A DNA stretch of 49,759 nt from a virus (taxonomy: Duplodnaviria > Caudoviricetes), in IMG/VR virus record IMGVR_UViG_3300037483_000961, positions 1 through 49,759 of that record; one strand, written 5' to 3'. Under the pieces are notes generated by a model that was not told the origin of the DNA, did no database searches, and saw only the letters and a program-made list of their open reading frames with translations. Shown here piece after piece: positions 25,399 through 34,186 of the stretch (position 1 is the stretch's first letter; every line of letters begins with the position of its first letter). The translations under genes were made by a program, and so were the position numbers.

Positions 25399-28300
25399 AT
25401 GCCTATTGAATTTTTAAACGACGACAAACAGCCATTATCTGCAATCATTCACCATATGAAATATGCTCGGTATCTTGAAGATAAAAAGCGAAGAGAAACA
25501 TGGGAAGAAACTGTTGAACGAAATAAACAAATGCACCTAAAGAAGTATAGTAAAAACATTCAAGAATTTCCTGAACTGAGAGAAGATATTGAGGAATTAT
25601 ACAATAAGTATGTTTTTACAGGAAAGGTTCTTCCGTCTATGAGGGCGCTTCAGTTTGGAGGAAGGCCCATAGAGCTTAATCCTGTTCGTCAGTTCAACTG
25701 TTCGTTTCTGCATGTATCGGATCAAGTTGCTTTTTCGGAAGCTTTATTCTGTTTACTATCAGGAACAGGGGTGGGATATTCTGTTCAAAAACACCACATC
25801 GAACAATTACCTCCAATCTTAGGAGTACAAAAGGACAACATCAAACGTTTTCTAATCGGTGACTCAATAGAAGGATGGTCTGATGCAGTTAAAGTATTGA
25901 TAAAGTCTTATTTTGAAGGTAGCGAAGATGTTGAATTTGATTTTAGAGATATACGATCCAAAGGTACGCGACTAGTAACTTCAGGAGGTAAAGCTCCTGG
26001 ACCTGAACCACTGAGACTTGCTCTTATTCAAATAAAATCTATTTTTGAAAATGCTTTACAAACTAGAGGATTTGGTACGAAACTTAAACCTATTGAAGCC
26101 CACGATTTGATGTGCTATTTGGCCGACGCTGTATTGTCAGGAGGAATTAGAAGAGCAGCAATGATTTCTCTTTTTAGTTTTGATGATCATGAGATGTTAG
26201 AATCAAAGTTTGGTGCTTTCTGGGAATTAAATCCTCAAAGACAAAGAGCTAATAATTCTGCTGTTATTCTGAGGGATAGGATCACTGAAGATGAGTTTTG
26301 GAATTTCTGGAGAAAAATAGAAGAATCGAAAAAAGGAGAACCTGGAATATTTTTTACGAATAATAGAGATCTGGGCACAAACCCATCACTAAGAGCAGGG
26401 ACTAAAGTTTTAACTAAGTCAGGTATAGTACCCATAGAGAAACTACAAGATACATCTTTTGAAGTCCCTAATTTGGATGGACATTGGAGCTATGCACAAT
26501 GTTGGAAGTCTGGAGAGAATATAAGATTATGGAAACTAAAATTTGATAATGGTGTAGAATATTTCTCATCTCCGCAGCATGAATGGCCTGTTTATAACAA
26601 TGGTAGATACCTAAAGTGCCAAAGTAATAAATTAAAGCCTGGAGACAGGATGCCCATAAACGCATTTAACAGAAAAGAATTATTTGAAGGAACTAAAGGT
26701 ACTTATGATATTGGATTTGTAATAGGGTGGTTATACGGAGATGGTTCTTTGACAAAACGATCTGATACTGGAAAATACGTAGCTTCTTTTGTTGTTTCGA
26801 AAAAAGAAACCGAGGTATTAGATATATTACTGAATACAATTAATCAGATAGACGGAGTCAGTAGAAAGTTATATGAAAGAAATTCTGTTTTTGAATTCCA
26901 AGTCGGATCTCCTAAATTTATAAATTTAATTATGAATGAGTATGGCGTAAATAAAAAGGAAAAAGGCATACCTGCAAATTTGTGGACCCAGTGGAACGAC
27001 ACTTGTATACGAGGATTCATCGATGGTTTATTTTCTGCTGATGGACATATAAGTGCTGACTCTCATGGGATAAATATTGTTTCTTCTAGAGAGAAATTAG
27101 TAAAAGATGTACAAGAATTATTAGGTTTTTATGGTATTAAATCTAATATTAGCCACAAGTCAATTCGTGGAGGCGCTTTCCCTAATAAAAAAACATATGA
27201 CAAAGAATACAACAGCTATGTGCTACGAACAACACTATCAGGAAGATTGAAATTTCATGAGTTATTTCAATTATCTGTACATCACAAACAAAAAAATCTT
27301 TCTGAAACTAAACAAATTGATAAGAGTACTATAAATCAGCAATTTATGATACTAAGGTCAATTGAAGAAACAAATATTCATGAAGATGTTTGGGATATAT
27401 CTGTAAAAGATAGTACCCACTGTTTTCATCTGTCTACTGTCACTACCGGCAATTGCAGCGAAATCAGTTTGAAAGATCAAGAATTCTGTAATTTAACCGA
27501 AATCAATGCTTCTAATATTGTATCCCAAGAGGATTTAGAGGGTAGAGTTTGGGCAGCCACACTTCTCGGTACACTACAAGCCGGATATGTAAATTTTCAT
27601 TATTTGAGGTCTGGGTGGAAAAAGAATGGAGAAAAAGAAGCATTGCTAGGTGTGTCTATGACAGGAGTATGTTCGCCGATAATTGAAACACTGGATATTA
27701 AAAAGGCTTCTTCGCTCACCAAGTCAATAAATAGCAAATATGCTAAAATGATAGGGATTAAAGAATCTAGACGTATAACAGCTATAAAACCAGCCGGAAC
27801 AACGAGTCTTGTCTTAGGAACTTCTTCAGGAATACACGCATGGCACAATGATTACTATTTAAGACGAGTGAGAGTAAATAAAAATGAAGCTATTTATGTT
27901 TACCTGAATATGTTCTACCCTGAACTTTTAGAAGATGATTATTTCTCTCCCGAGAAATCTGCTGTAATTACAGTACCACAAAAAGCACCAGAAGGTGCTG
28001 TATTAAGAACTGAATCCCCGATAGACACATTAGAAAGAGTCAAGTCATTTCACAGAAATTGGATAAAACCCGGACATAGACAAGGAGATAACACCCACAA
28101 TGTAAGTTGCACTATTAGCATAAAAGATGAAGAATGGCAAACAGTAGGACAATGGATGTGGTTAAATAGGGACCATTATACTGGAATATCTGTGCTTCCT
28201 TATGATGGAGGAACATATATTCAACCTCCGTTCGAGGATTTGGTAGACGGATATGTGTTTAAATTATCTAACGGCGAAGTGATACGAAATAAAGCTTCTG

Positions 28301-28575
28301 ATGATATGCTAACAGTGAAGTTCAATGGAGATGAAAAAACAGAAACAAAAACAGTTTCAGAACTTGCTAATAATTTTTCTGATTACAAATTACGCAGCTT
28401 AAAAGGTTCTTTTGAGGATATAAACTCTATTAAATATATGACAAAAAAGGAGCAATATGAAGAATTAGTACAAAAACTAAAATCGGTGGATGTAAGTTTT
28501 GTTCCTGAAGAAGAAGACGGAACTGATCTATCAGGAGAATTAGCATGTGCAGGCGGAGCTTGCGAAGTAAAATAA
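25399..28575 (+). CDS. nrdJ: Class II (B12-dependent) ribonucleotide reductase containing an intein
   Basis: RRETWEE, FNCSF, GTGVG, GGIRRAA, NP/CSEI split by the intein, TAIKPAGTTS, C-terminal CAGGAC. Confidence 0.93.
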   Translation: MPIEFLNDDKQPLSAIIHHMKYARYLEDKKRRETWEETVERNKQMHLKKYSKNIQEFPELREDIEELYNKYVFTGKVLPSMRALQFGGRPIELNPVRQFNCSFLHVSDQVAFSEALFCLLSGTGVGYSVQKHHIEQLPPILGVQKDNIKRFLIGDSIEGWSDAVKVLIKSYFEGSEDVEFDFRDIRSKGTRLVTSGGKAPGPEPLRLALIQIKSIFENALQTRGFGTKLKPIEAHDLMCYLADAVLSGGIRRAAMISLFSFDDHEMLESKFGAFWELNPQRQRANNSAVILRDRITEDEFWNFWRKIEESKKGEPGIFFTNNRDLGTNPSLRAGTKVLTKSGIVPIEKLQDTSFEVPNLDGHWSYAQCWKSGENIRLWKLKFDNGVEYFSSPQHEWPVYNNGRYLKCQSNKLKPGDRMPINAFNRKELFEGTKGTYDIGFVIGWLYGDGSLTKRSDTGKYVASFVVSKKETEVLDILLNTINQIDGVSRKLYERNSVFEFQVGSPKFINLIMNEYGVNKKEKGIPANLWTQWNDTCIRGFIDGLFSADGHISADSHGINIVSSREKLVKDVQELLGFYGIKSNISHKSIRGGAFPNKKTYDKEYNSYVLRTTLSGRLKFHELFQLSVHHKQKNLSETKQIDKSTINQQFMILRSIEETNIHEDVWDISVKDSTHCFHLSTVTTGNCSEISLKDQEFCNLTEINASNIVSQEDLEGRVWAATLLGTLQAGYVNFHYLRSGWKKNGEKEALLGVSMTGVCSPIIETLDIKKASSLTKSINSKYAKMIGIKESRRITAIKPAGTTSLVLGTSSGIHAWHNDYYLRRVRVNKNEAIYVYLNMFYPELLEDDYFSPEKSAVITVPQKAPEGAVLRTESPIDTLERVKSFHRNWIKPGHRQGDNTHNVSCTISIKDEEWQTVGQWMWLNRDHYTGISVLPYDGGTYIQPPFEDLVDGYVFKLSNGEVIRNKASDDMLTVKFNGDEKTETKTVSELANNFSDYKLRSLKGSFEDINSIKYMTKKEQYEELVQKLKSVDVSFVPEEEDGTDLSGELACAGGACEVK
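26386..27453 (+). mobile_element. Intein with LAGLIDADG homing endonuclease (356 aa)
   Basis: Starts SLRAGTKVLT, block B SPQHEW, LAGLIDADG motifs GWLYGDG and GLFSADG, ends VWDISV...TTGN before Cys+1. Confidence 0.92.
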
Positions 28576-28585
28576 GGAGAACGAT

Positions 28586-28954
28586 ATGTACAAAACATCT
28601 ATTAAAGATAGATACAAGGATAGTTTTAAGGGATTCTGGTGGAACGATAGCGGAACAGAAGATTTCCTCGTGGTGATGACTATGGGGAATATGTCTCTTC
28701 TGTATTGTGAAGAAACAGGATTGTTACTGGATATTTACAACAACAAGATAGAAAAGTTTCAAACAGTGGAACTGCCTTGTATTATTGTTGAAGCAAAAAA
28801 TGTAGAATATGCAGATAGATTCGATCTCCATGGACGATTTCAGATTGTCGGACACACAGGAGAAGATCCTGTATTGTTGAAAGTTTGCGGAATCGAGGAT
28901 AATAAAGAGCATCTTATGTTGCCCTCACGACTAAGAGTTGTTGAAATAACTTGA
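28586..28954 (+). CDS. Hypothetical protein
   Basis: 122-aa ORF, AAGGAG RBS. Confidence 0.7.
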   Translation: MYKTSIKDRYKDSFKGFWWNDSGTEDFLVVMTMGNMSLLYCEETGLLLDIYNNKIEKFQTVELPCIIVEAKNVEYADRFDLHGRFQIVGHTGEDPVLLKVCGIEDNKEHLMLPSRLRVVEIT

Positions 28955-28979
28955 CATAGTTAGATTTTCATGGTAGTAT
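28951..28979 (+). promoter_or_regulatory. sigma70-type promoter
   Basis: TTGACA-17-TAGTAT with TG extension. Confidence 0.7.
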
Positions 28980-29013
28980 GTCTTCTTGTAGGTTAAATAC
29001 TCGGAGGCATACA

Positions 29014-29454
29014 GTGAAAATTAAAGGTGTTTCAGATCACAAGTTAGAAAGTGTTGGGAATTATTTTTTGTATTACAACAAATCTCTCACGTCACTGGAC
29101 TTGCCTAATGTGACTAATGTTGGGGATTGGTTTTTGTCGTACAACAAATCTCTCACGTCACTGGACTTGCCTAATGTGACTAATGTTGGGGATTGGTTTT
29201 TGTCGTACAACAAATCTCTCACGTCACTGGACTTGCCTAGTGTGACTAGTGTTGGGAATAGGTTTTTGTGTTACAACAGATCCCTCACGTCACTGGACTT
29301 ACCCAACGTGACTAGTGTTGGGGATGATTTTTTGGGTTGGAACGAATCCCTTACGTCACTGGACTTGCCTATCGTGACTAGTGTTGGGAATTGGTTTTTG
29401 CGGTGTAGCAAATCCATGAGAAAAAAAGTTTTGAAACAAATAAAAACAGCTTGA
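29014..29454 (+). CDS. BspA/LRR_5-type leucine-rich repeat protein
   Basis: GTG 29014 after GGAGG; five 22-aa/66-nt repeats; ends KQIKTA like the 2242-2616 paralog. Confidence 0.85.
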   Translation: MKIKGVSDHKLESVGNYFLYYNKSLTSLDLPNVTNVGDWFLSYNKSLTSLDLPNVTNVGDWFLSYNKSLTSLDLPSVTSVGNRFLCYNRSLTSLDLPNVTSVGDDFLGWNESLTSLDLPIVTSVGNWFLRCSKSMRKKVLKQIKTA

Positions 29455-29479
29455 CAAATGGACGACGATAGAATAGGAT

Positions 29480-29755
29480 ATGGATATGAAAATTACAAAT
29501 GTTTTTGATGACAAACTCGTTCGCATTGGGGATAAGTTTTTGCAAAACAATAAATCTCTTATTTCGTTAGATATGCGTAGTGTAAATAGTATAGGAAGTT
29601 GTTTTTTATCTCATAACAATTCTCTTGTATCGTTAAATCTTTTCGATACGGCTGTTGTAGAAGATAGTACTTTTTGGCAGACTAGTACAGCGAGAAAAAG
29701 ATGTTCAACAGATTTTACATTAAATAGAAGGGGTTCCAATGAAAGGACTAAATGA
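29480..29755 (+). CDS. Divergent short LRR paralog
   Basis: Same MKI.NV.D.KL..IGD.FL..NKSL N-cap; two degenerate repeats. Confidence 0.65.
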   Translation: MDMKITNVFDDKLVRIGDKFLQNNKSLISLDMRSVNSIGSCFLSHNNSLVSLNLFDTAVVEDSTFWQTSTARKRCSTDFTLNRRGSNERTK

Positions 29756-30506
29756 AGCAGAAAAGAAGGCACTTATTCCAGATGATCTGATCTTTTTGGG
29801 GTACAGAGGGAGTATTGCTCATAGTATGTACGTACCGAATACCGATCCGAATAGTATTGACGATAAAGACGTAATGGGTGTATATTTGTGTTCTCCATCT
29901 CACTATTTAGGAATACACAAAGAAAAAGACGTTCGCGAAAAATGGTACAAAGAGTGGGACTGTGTTTACTATGAGTTATTGAAGTTGGTTCATTTACTGG
30001 AAAAAGGGAATCCTAATGTACTTTCCCTTCTGTGGCTTGATCAAAAACATGTAATCTATAAATCAGATATTTGGGAAGACTTATTGTCAATAAGAGAAGC
30101 TTTTGTTAGTAAAAATGTTTATCATTCTTTTGCAGGGTACGCACGAGGCCAGTTACATCGGATGACTCATATGAACTTTGAAGGATATATGGGTGAGAAA
30201 CGAAAAACTCTCGTTACAAAATACGGTTATGATACAAAAAACGCAGCACATCTTATTCGGCTTCTTCGAATGGGAATAGAATTCTTAACTGAAGGTGTTC
30301 TTTATGTAGAGCGAAAGAACGACGCATCACAGCTTCTTGAGATTAAAAAAGGAGAATGGACTTTGGAACAAGTCAAAAAGGAATCTGATAGATTGTTTTC
30401 TTTATGTGAAGAAGCTTATATCAGAAGTCCTTTACAGGCGCAACCCGACAGTAAGACAATAAATGACAAATGCGTTGATATTTTGTTGAAACATTTTACT
30501 CAATGA
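29739..30506 (+). CDS. Pol-beta-superfamily nucleotidyltransferase (RlaP / T4 NrdC.11-like)
   Basis: GS.AH...DxD (DDKDVMG), GNPN, YDTKNAAHLIRLL, LLEIKKG. Confidence 0.85.
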   Translation: MKGLNEAEKKALIPDDLIFLGYRGSIAHSMYVPNTDPNSIDDKDVMGVYLCSPSHYLGIHKEKDVREKWYKEWDCVYYELLKLVHLLEKGNPNVLSLLWLDQKHVIYKSDIWEDLLSIREAFVSKNVYHSFAGYARGQLHRMTHMNFEGYMGEKRKTLVTKYGYDTKNAAHLIRLLRMGIEFLTEGVLYVERKNDASQLLEIKKGEWTLEQVKKESDRLFSLCEEAYIRSPLQAQPDSKTINDKCVDILLKHFTQ

Positions 30507-30509
30507 GTA

Positions 30510-30538
30510 TTGACAAGCTAAAGTATCTATGGTACACT
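30510..30538 (+). promoter_or_regulatory. sigma70-type promoter
   Basis: TTGACA-17-TACACT with TG extension. Confidence 0.7.
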
Positions 30539-30574
30539 CTTTACAGATACGAAATTGATTTGTAAGGAGTTTTC

Positions 30575-31033
30575 ATGAAAACAAATAGAGTATTTTTGTT
30601 TTTTATTTTATTGCTCACGGTAATATCATGTGACGTCATGCAGGACTACTCTATCAATGGAGTAAATATAGATCATACATTTGGATCAATGAGTGAAGCG
30701 TGGGAGTGGACAGCCAACAATATACAATACGAAGTGTACAATTATTGGCCTCGTCCTGAAAGAGTATATAATGGACGAAAAGGTGACTGCCAGGGATATA
30801 GTGTATTGCTGGGATACTTCTTGACAAAATTAGGATATGAGGTTGAATTTATTGTATTTGATTTGAATAAGTATTACGGGATTCCAAGTTCTGGAATATT
30901 GCATGTTGGGTTACTTATTAAGGATACAGGACAAATAATCGAGCCACAGATTTCATATTATGTTTTTGATACTTCAAGAATTTCGGTTATTGCTCGATAC
31001 GATATGAGAACGATATTGTCTATGGGACGATAA
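30575..31033 (+). CDS. Lipoprotein with transglutaminase-like Cys-protease domain
   Basis: Signal ending LLTVISC; GDCQGYS and HVGL motifs. Confidence 0.75.
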   Translation: MKTNRVFLFFILLLTVISCDVMQDYSINGVNIDHTFGSMSEAWEWTANNIQYEVYNYWPRPERVYNGRKGDCQGYSVLLGYFLTKLGYEVEFIVFDLNKYYGIPSSGILHVGLLIKDTGQIIEPQISYYVFDTSRISVIARYDMRTILSMGR

Positions 31034-31066
31034 ATCTGGAATGTTATACTGATAAGTATAATCATT

Positions 31067-31806
31067 GTTATACAGGCACTACGCAGGAAACAACAAATCG
31101 TTTCCTAACTTTGTGCAAAAGGGGAATAAAATGAAGCATCCGGCAAAATACAGTGATTGCTTTTTACCTGTATTCAAAGAAATGTTACAACACTGTGAAA
31201 ATGTACTTGACCCTTTTGCTGGAACTGGAAAGTTGAGAAATGTATTTCCAGAATGCACTCTGTTAGAGATAGAGCCGGAATGGGCGTCCATATCTGGTGC
31301 TATTGTGGGTGATGCCACGCAAATGCCTTTCAAAGATGGAGAGTTTGATGCTATATGCACAAGTCCTACATATGGCAATCGGATGGCAGACCATCACGAA
31401 GCTAAAGACAATTCACAGCGTAACACATACAGGCACACACTCGGAAGGAAGTTGTCAAAGAATAACTCAGGCTCTATGCAATGGGGAGAATCTTACAAGG
31501 AGCTTCACAAGAAAGCATGGCAAGAGTGTTTTCGTGTATTAAAAAGCAAAGGGCTGTTTTGCCTTAACGTATCAAACCATATTCGCAAAGGAGTAGAGAT
31601 TAATGTTATAGGATGGCACATAGAATCATTGTGTTCTATTGGTTTTTCTGTTATCGAACACAGAAAAATAGAAACAAAACGGCAGAGAATGGGGAAAAAT
31701 GGTAATTTAAGGGTTTCATACGAAAGTGTGATTTTATTCAAGAAGGACGTATAACAACCGCTTCAACCTGACTCAACGCAGTAACGTTTCACAGGTTAAG
31801 CAAATG
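31067..31806 (+). mobile_element. Integron-type gene cassette carrying a DNA methyltransferase
   Basis: Starts at core site GTTATAC (31067-73), the exact complement of inverse core GTATAAC (31749-55) that overlaps the gene stop. Confidence 0.8.
31131..31754 (+). CDS. DNA amino-methyltransferase (probably m4C type)
   Basis: HPAKY, VLDPFAGTG (motif I), ICTSPTY (SPPY-like motif IV), ECFRVLK..G. Confidence 0.85.
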   Translation: MKHPAKYSDCFLPVFKEMLQHCENVLDPFAGTGKLRNVFPECTLLEIEPEWASISGAIVGDATQMPFKDGEFDAICTSPTYGNRMADHHEAKDNSQRNTYRHTLGRKLSKNNSGSMQWGESYKELHKKAWQECFRVLKSKGLFCLNVSNHIRKGVEINVIGWHIESLCSIGFSVIEHRKIETKRQRMGKNGNLRVSYESVILFKKDV

Positions 31807-31812
31807 TTATGC
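31749..31812 (+). other. attC recombination site (64 bp)
   Basis: R'' GTATAAC, L'' GCTTCAAC, L' GTTAAGC (one extra base in L''), R' GTTATGC; central CCTG/CAGG stem. Confidence 0.85.
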
Positions 31813-31880
31813 GGGCGTTTTAGTGACATACCGCCTTCGGCACTATGTCGGCACTCGCAAATCGCAAAAGGAGGAAAACG

Positions 31881-32027
31881 ATGGAATACTTATTAGCTTG
31901 TGTCATAAGTTTTTTGGTTGGGTTTATGGTTTGTGCGCTCCAGGTTGGTAGTTATACAGAGCTAAAAAGTGAACAAAAAGCAGAGCTTAGTATTGATGGT
32001 AAAAAATATAAAGTTGTTAAAATATAA
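31881..32027 (+). CDS. Small membrane protein
   Basis: ATG after AGGAGG; MEYLLACVISFLVGFMVCAL hydrophobic segment. Confidence 0.6.
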   Translation: MEYLLACVISFLVGFMVCALQVGSYTELKSEQKAELSIDGKKYKVVKI

Positions 32028-32054
32028 GAACCATAGTAACTAAAGGAGAAACAA

Positions 32055-32225
32055 ATGAGGCAGTTATCAGAGAACGTAAAAGAAAAACTAAGTGAAACTG
32101 TTCGGGCATGGGCAAACGAATATTTAGAAGAAAGACCCGCTATAATAGGGCAGGGTGTATTTGATAAACTGGAGGAAGCTTTGTTGCAGATACAAGAAGA
32201 AATTGAAGAAATGTTTCCTCGGTAA
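32055..32225 (+). CDS. Small hypothetical protein (56 aa, not in ORF track)
   Basis: AAGGAG RBS, MRQLSENVKEKLSETVRAWANEY... Confidence 0.65.
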   Translation: MRQLSENVKEKLSETVRAWANEYLEERPAIIGQGVFDKLEEALLQIQEEIEEMFPR

Positions 32226-32238
32226 CGAAAATAGATAC

Positions 32239-32312
32239 GGACCGATAGCTCAATTGGATAGAGCAACGGCTTTCTAAATCGTAGGTTGTAGGTTCAAGCC
32301 CTACTCGGTTCG
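32239..32312 (+). tRNA. tRNA-Arg (anticodon TCT)
   Basis: GGACCGA/TCGGTTC acceptor, D-loop GGATA, loop TTTCTAA, C-A mismatch at the base of the anticodon stem. Confidence 0.85.
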
Positions 32313-32331
32313 AATTTTTTTATAATAGTAC

Positions 32332-32361
32332 TTGACTAACAATGTTAATTCGTGCTATAAT
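32332..32361 (+). promoter_or_regulatory. sigma70-type promoter upstream of small ORF, tmRNA-like RNA and tRNA-Thr
   Basis: TTGACT-18-TATAAT with TG extension. Confidence 0.7.
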
Positions 32362-32519
32362 AAACAAGATAAAAAAGAGTTGGTTTTACATCGAAAGCCT
32401 ACTCTTACAGTCAAGGAGTTCAAAATGGATATCATGATTGCAGTAGGGTTTTGTGTTGTGTTTGTTACTATTATTCTTGTGTTTACTTATGCAGAGCGAG
32501 TAACAAGACAAAAGTAAAT

Positions 32520-32625
32520 GGGGATGCCTTGGTTTCGACTGTTTATTTGATTAAGGAGACGAAAAGCCCAAGTGACGAAATCCCAGAGTAAGCAGGACCG
32601 GAGTTCAACTCTCCGCATCTCCACA
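32520..32625 (+). ncRNA. Miniature tmRNA-like RNA (tRNA-like domain with only a ~37-nt internal loop)
   Basis: GGGGATG/CATCTCC acceptor with G3-U70 and A73, stemless D-loop ending GGTTTCGAC, P2-like helix, GGAC linker, CGGAG-TTCAACT-CTCCG T-arm. Confidence 0.8.
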
Positions 32626-32627
32626 GC

Positions 32628-32701
32628 GCCGTCTTAGCTCAGTTGGCTAGAGCACGTGACTTGTAATCTCGGGGTCGTTGGTTCGAATCCAACAGACGGC
32701 T
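32628..32701 (+). tRNA. tRNA-Thr (anticodon TGT)
   Basis: GCCGTCT/AGACGGC acceptor, loop CTTGTAA, GTTGG-TTCGAAT-CCAAC T-arm. Confidence 0.92.
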
Positions 32702-32724
32702 TTAGTGTATAAAAAGGAGACAAG

Positions 32725-32973
32725 ATGGAATATGTACTTTCCAAGAATTTTACAATTCCGGCAGGAACGGTTTTCCAATGTGTTGATGGAGAACTGGTTA
32801 GATACATCAGCGGAAACTATTTGGCAACGGTTCCTATCGAATCCGATGGTCACAGTTTTTCAATAGTTATTAATTCTGATATACTTAAAGACCACAAGAA
32901 ATTTCTAAAGCCAATTATTGAAAAAGATGACGTAGAAGCCCAATCAGAAGAAGAAAATCTGATTAGAAACTAA
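32725..32973 (+). CDS. Hypothetical protein
   Basis: 82 aa, AAGGAG RBS. Confidence 0.65.
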   Translation: MEYVLSKNFTIPAGTVFQCVDGELVRYISGNYLATVPIESDGHSFSIVINSDILKDHKKFLKPIIEKDDVEAQSEEENLIRN

Positions 32974-32985
32974 AGAGGAGACAAT

Positions 32986-33159
32986 ATGAATAAAACAGTT
33001 CGCAATTTGTTTGCTAAGGTTATTCGGTATTTGAAATTCTTGTTTCCTTTAACATACCGTGTGACACATGTTCGAGAAGACGGTATTTACTTTTGCGTAT
33101 ACAAACAATGGCTTTGGTTTGTGTACAATGTTGATGATGTTTTAGTTACTGAACAATAG
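32986..33159 (+). CDS. Small hypothetical protein (57 aa, not in ORF track)
   Basis: GAGGAG RBS; ends 1 nt before the primase ATG. Confidence 0.6.
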   Translation: MNKTVRNLFAKVIRYLKFLFPLTYRVTHVREDGIYFCVYKQWLWFVYNVDDVLVTEQ

Positions 33160-33160
33160 T

Positions 33161-34054
33161 ATGGGTTTTGATGTAATAAGATTCCTTGATGACTTTGGTG
33201 TTCCCTGGTGGCCTCCGGGAGAAAATGTATCAAGAAATCATGTAGGCGTTACATGTCCGTTTTGTGACGACACGTACAACCATCTTGGTATCCATGTTTC
33301 GGGAGATAGAGTTCCTACTTGTTGGAAGTGCGGGAAACACAGTTTACAATCATATGTAAGGACAATTAGTTCAGAAAACTTTGATACACTATCAGAGAAA
33401 TATGGGGAAATTCTTAGTTATTATCAATTTACTGATAATTTTGAAGAAAAAATAAGAGGCGGTGCAAGTTCTTGTATTCCTCCAGGAAGTAAAAACTTTA
33501 AACCGGCACATAAGAAATATCTAACTGACAGGGGATCTGATGCAGATTATTTGATTCACAAATATGATCTATTAGTAACAAGCAGTACAGATGACTATCC
33601 GTTTCGGATAATATTTCCGATCAAACTGAACAACAAAATCGTATCCTATCAAGGAAGATCGTTTATTGGAGCTGCACCAAAGTACTTGACTTGTCGTCCT
33701 GAAGATGAGGTAATATTCCATAAAGATATATTTTTTAATCTGGATAATTCAGACAAAGATATTTGTATAATTGTGGAAGGAGTCTTTGATGCTGTAAGAC
33801 TAGGTAATAATGCGATAGCTAGTTTCGGGACTTCAATCACACCGGAACAGTTACTTTATGTAAAAAGCAAGTATAAATATGTGTTTCTGCTTTATGACAC
33901 TGAAGAAGAAGCTCAGAATAAAGCAAAAAAAGCAGCTTTAACGTTGAATGGTTTTGGGATACAAGTTGAAAACATTAAACTTGATCACGGAGATCCCGGA
34001 GAAATGACTGACGAAGATGCTTTATATCTGAAAAGAGAATTACACTTGTTATAG
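33161..34054 (+). CDS. dnaG: DNA primase (zinc finger + TOPRIM)
   Basis: CPFC...CWKC, RIIFPI, YQGR, KYL, IVEGVFDA, YDT.E, DPG. Confidence 0.9.
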   Translation: MGFDVIRFLDDFGVPWWPPGENVSRNHVGVTCPFCDDTYNHLGIHVSGDRVPTCWKCGKHSLQSYVRTISSENFDTLSEKYGEILSYYQFTDNFEEKIRGGASSCIPPGSKNFKPAHKKYLTDRGSDADYLIHKYDLLVTSSTDDYPFRIIFPIKLNNKIVSYQGRSFIGAAPKYLTCRPEDEVIFHKDIFFNLDNSDKDICIIVEGVFDAVRLGNNAIASFGTSITPEQLLYVKSKYKYVFLLYDTEEEAQNKAKKAALTLNGFGIQVENIKLDHGDPGEMTDEDALYLKRELHLL

Positions 34055-34063
34055 GAGGTTATT

Positions 34064-34171
34064 ATGGACTACCCTGAATGGGAAATTGATGTACCAGACG
34101 AACCTGATTTCGAGGATGAAGACATTGATTATGAATACGATGAAACTGGTCCTATATATTTTTATGAATAG
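34064..34171 (+). CDS. 35-aa highly acidic peptide (not in ORF track)
   Basis: AGGAGG RBS; MDYPEWEIDVPDEPDFEDEDIDYEYDETGPIYFYE. Confidence 0.65.
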   Translation: MDYPEWEIDVPDEPDFEDEDIDYEYDETGPIYFYE

Positions 34172-34186
34172 GTTAAGGAGACAAAA

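Noticed and set aside
29014-29454. Diversity-generating retroelement acting on the LRR genes
   Set aside because: No reverse transcriptase in the window, and differences between repeats are not confined to adenines
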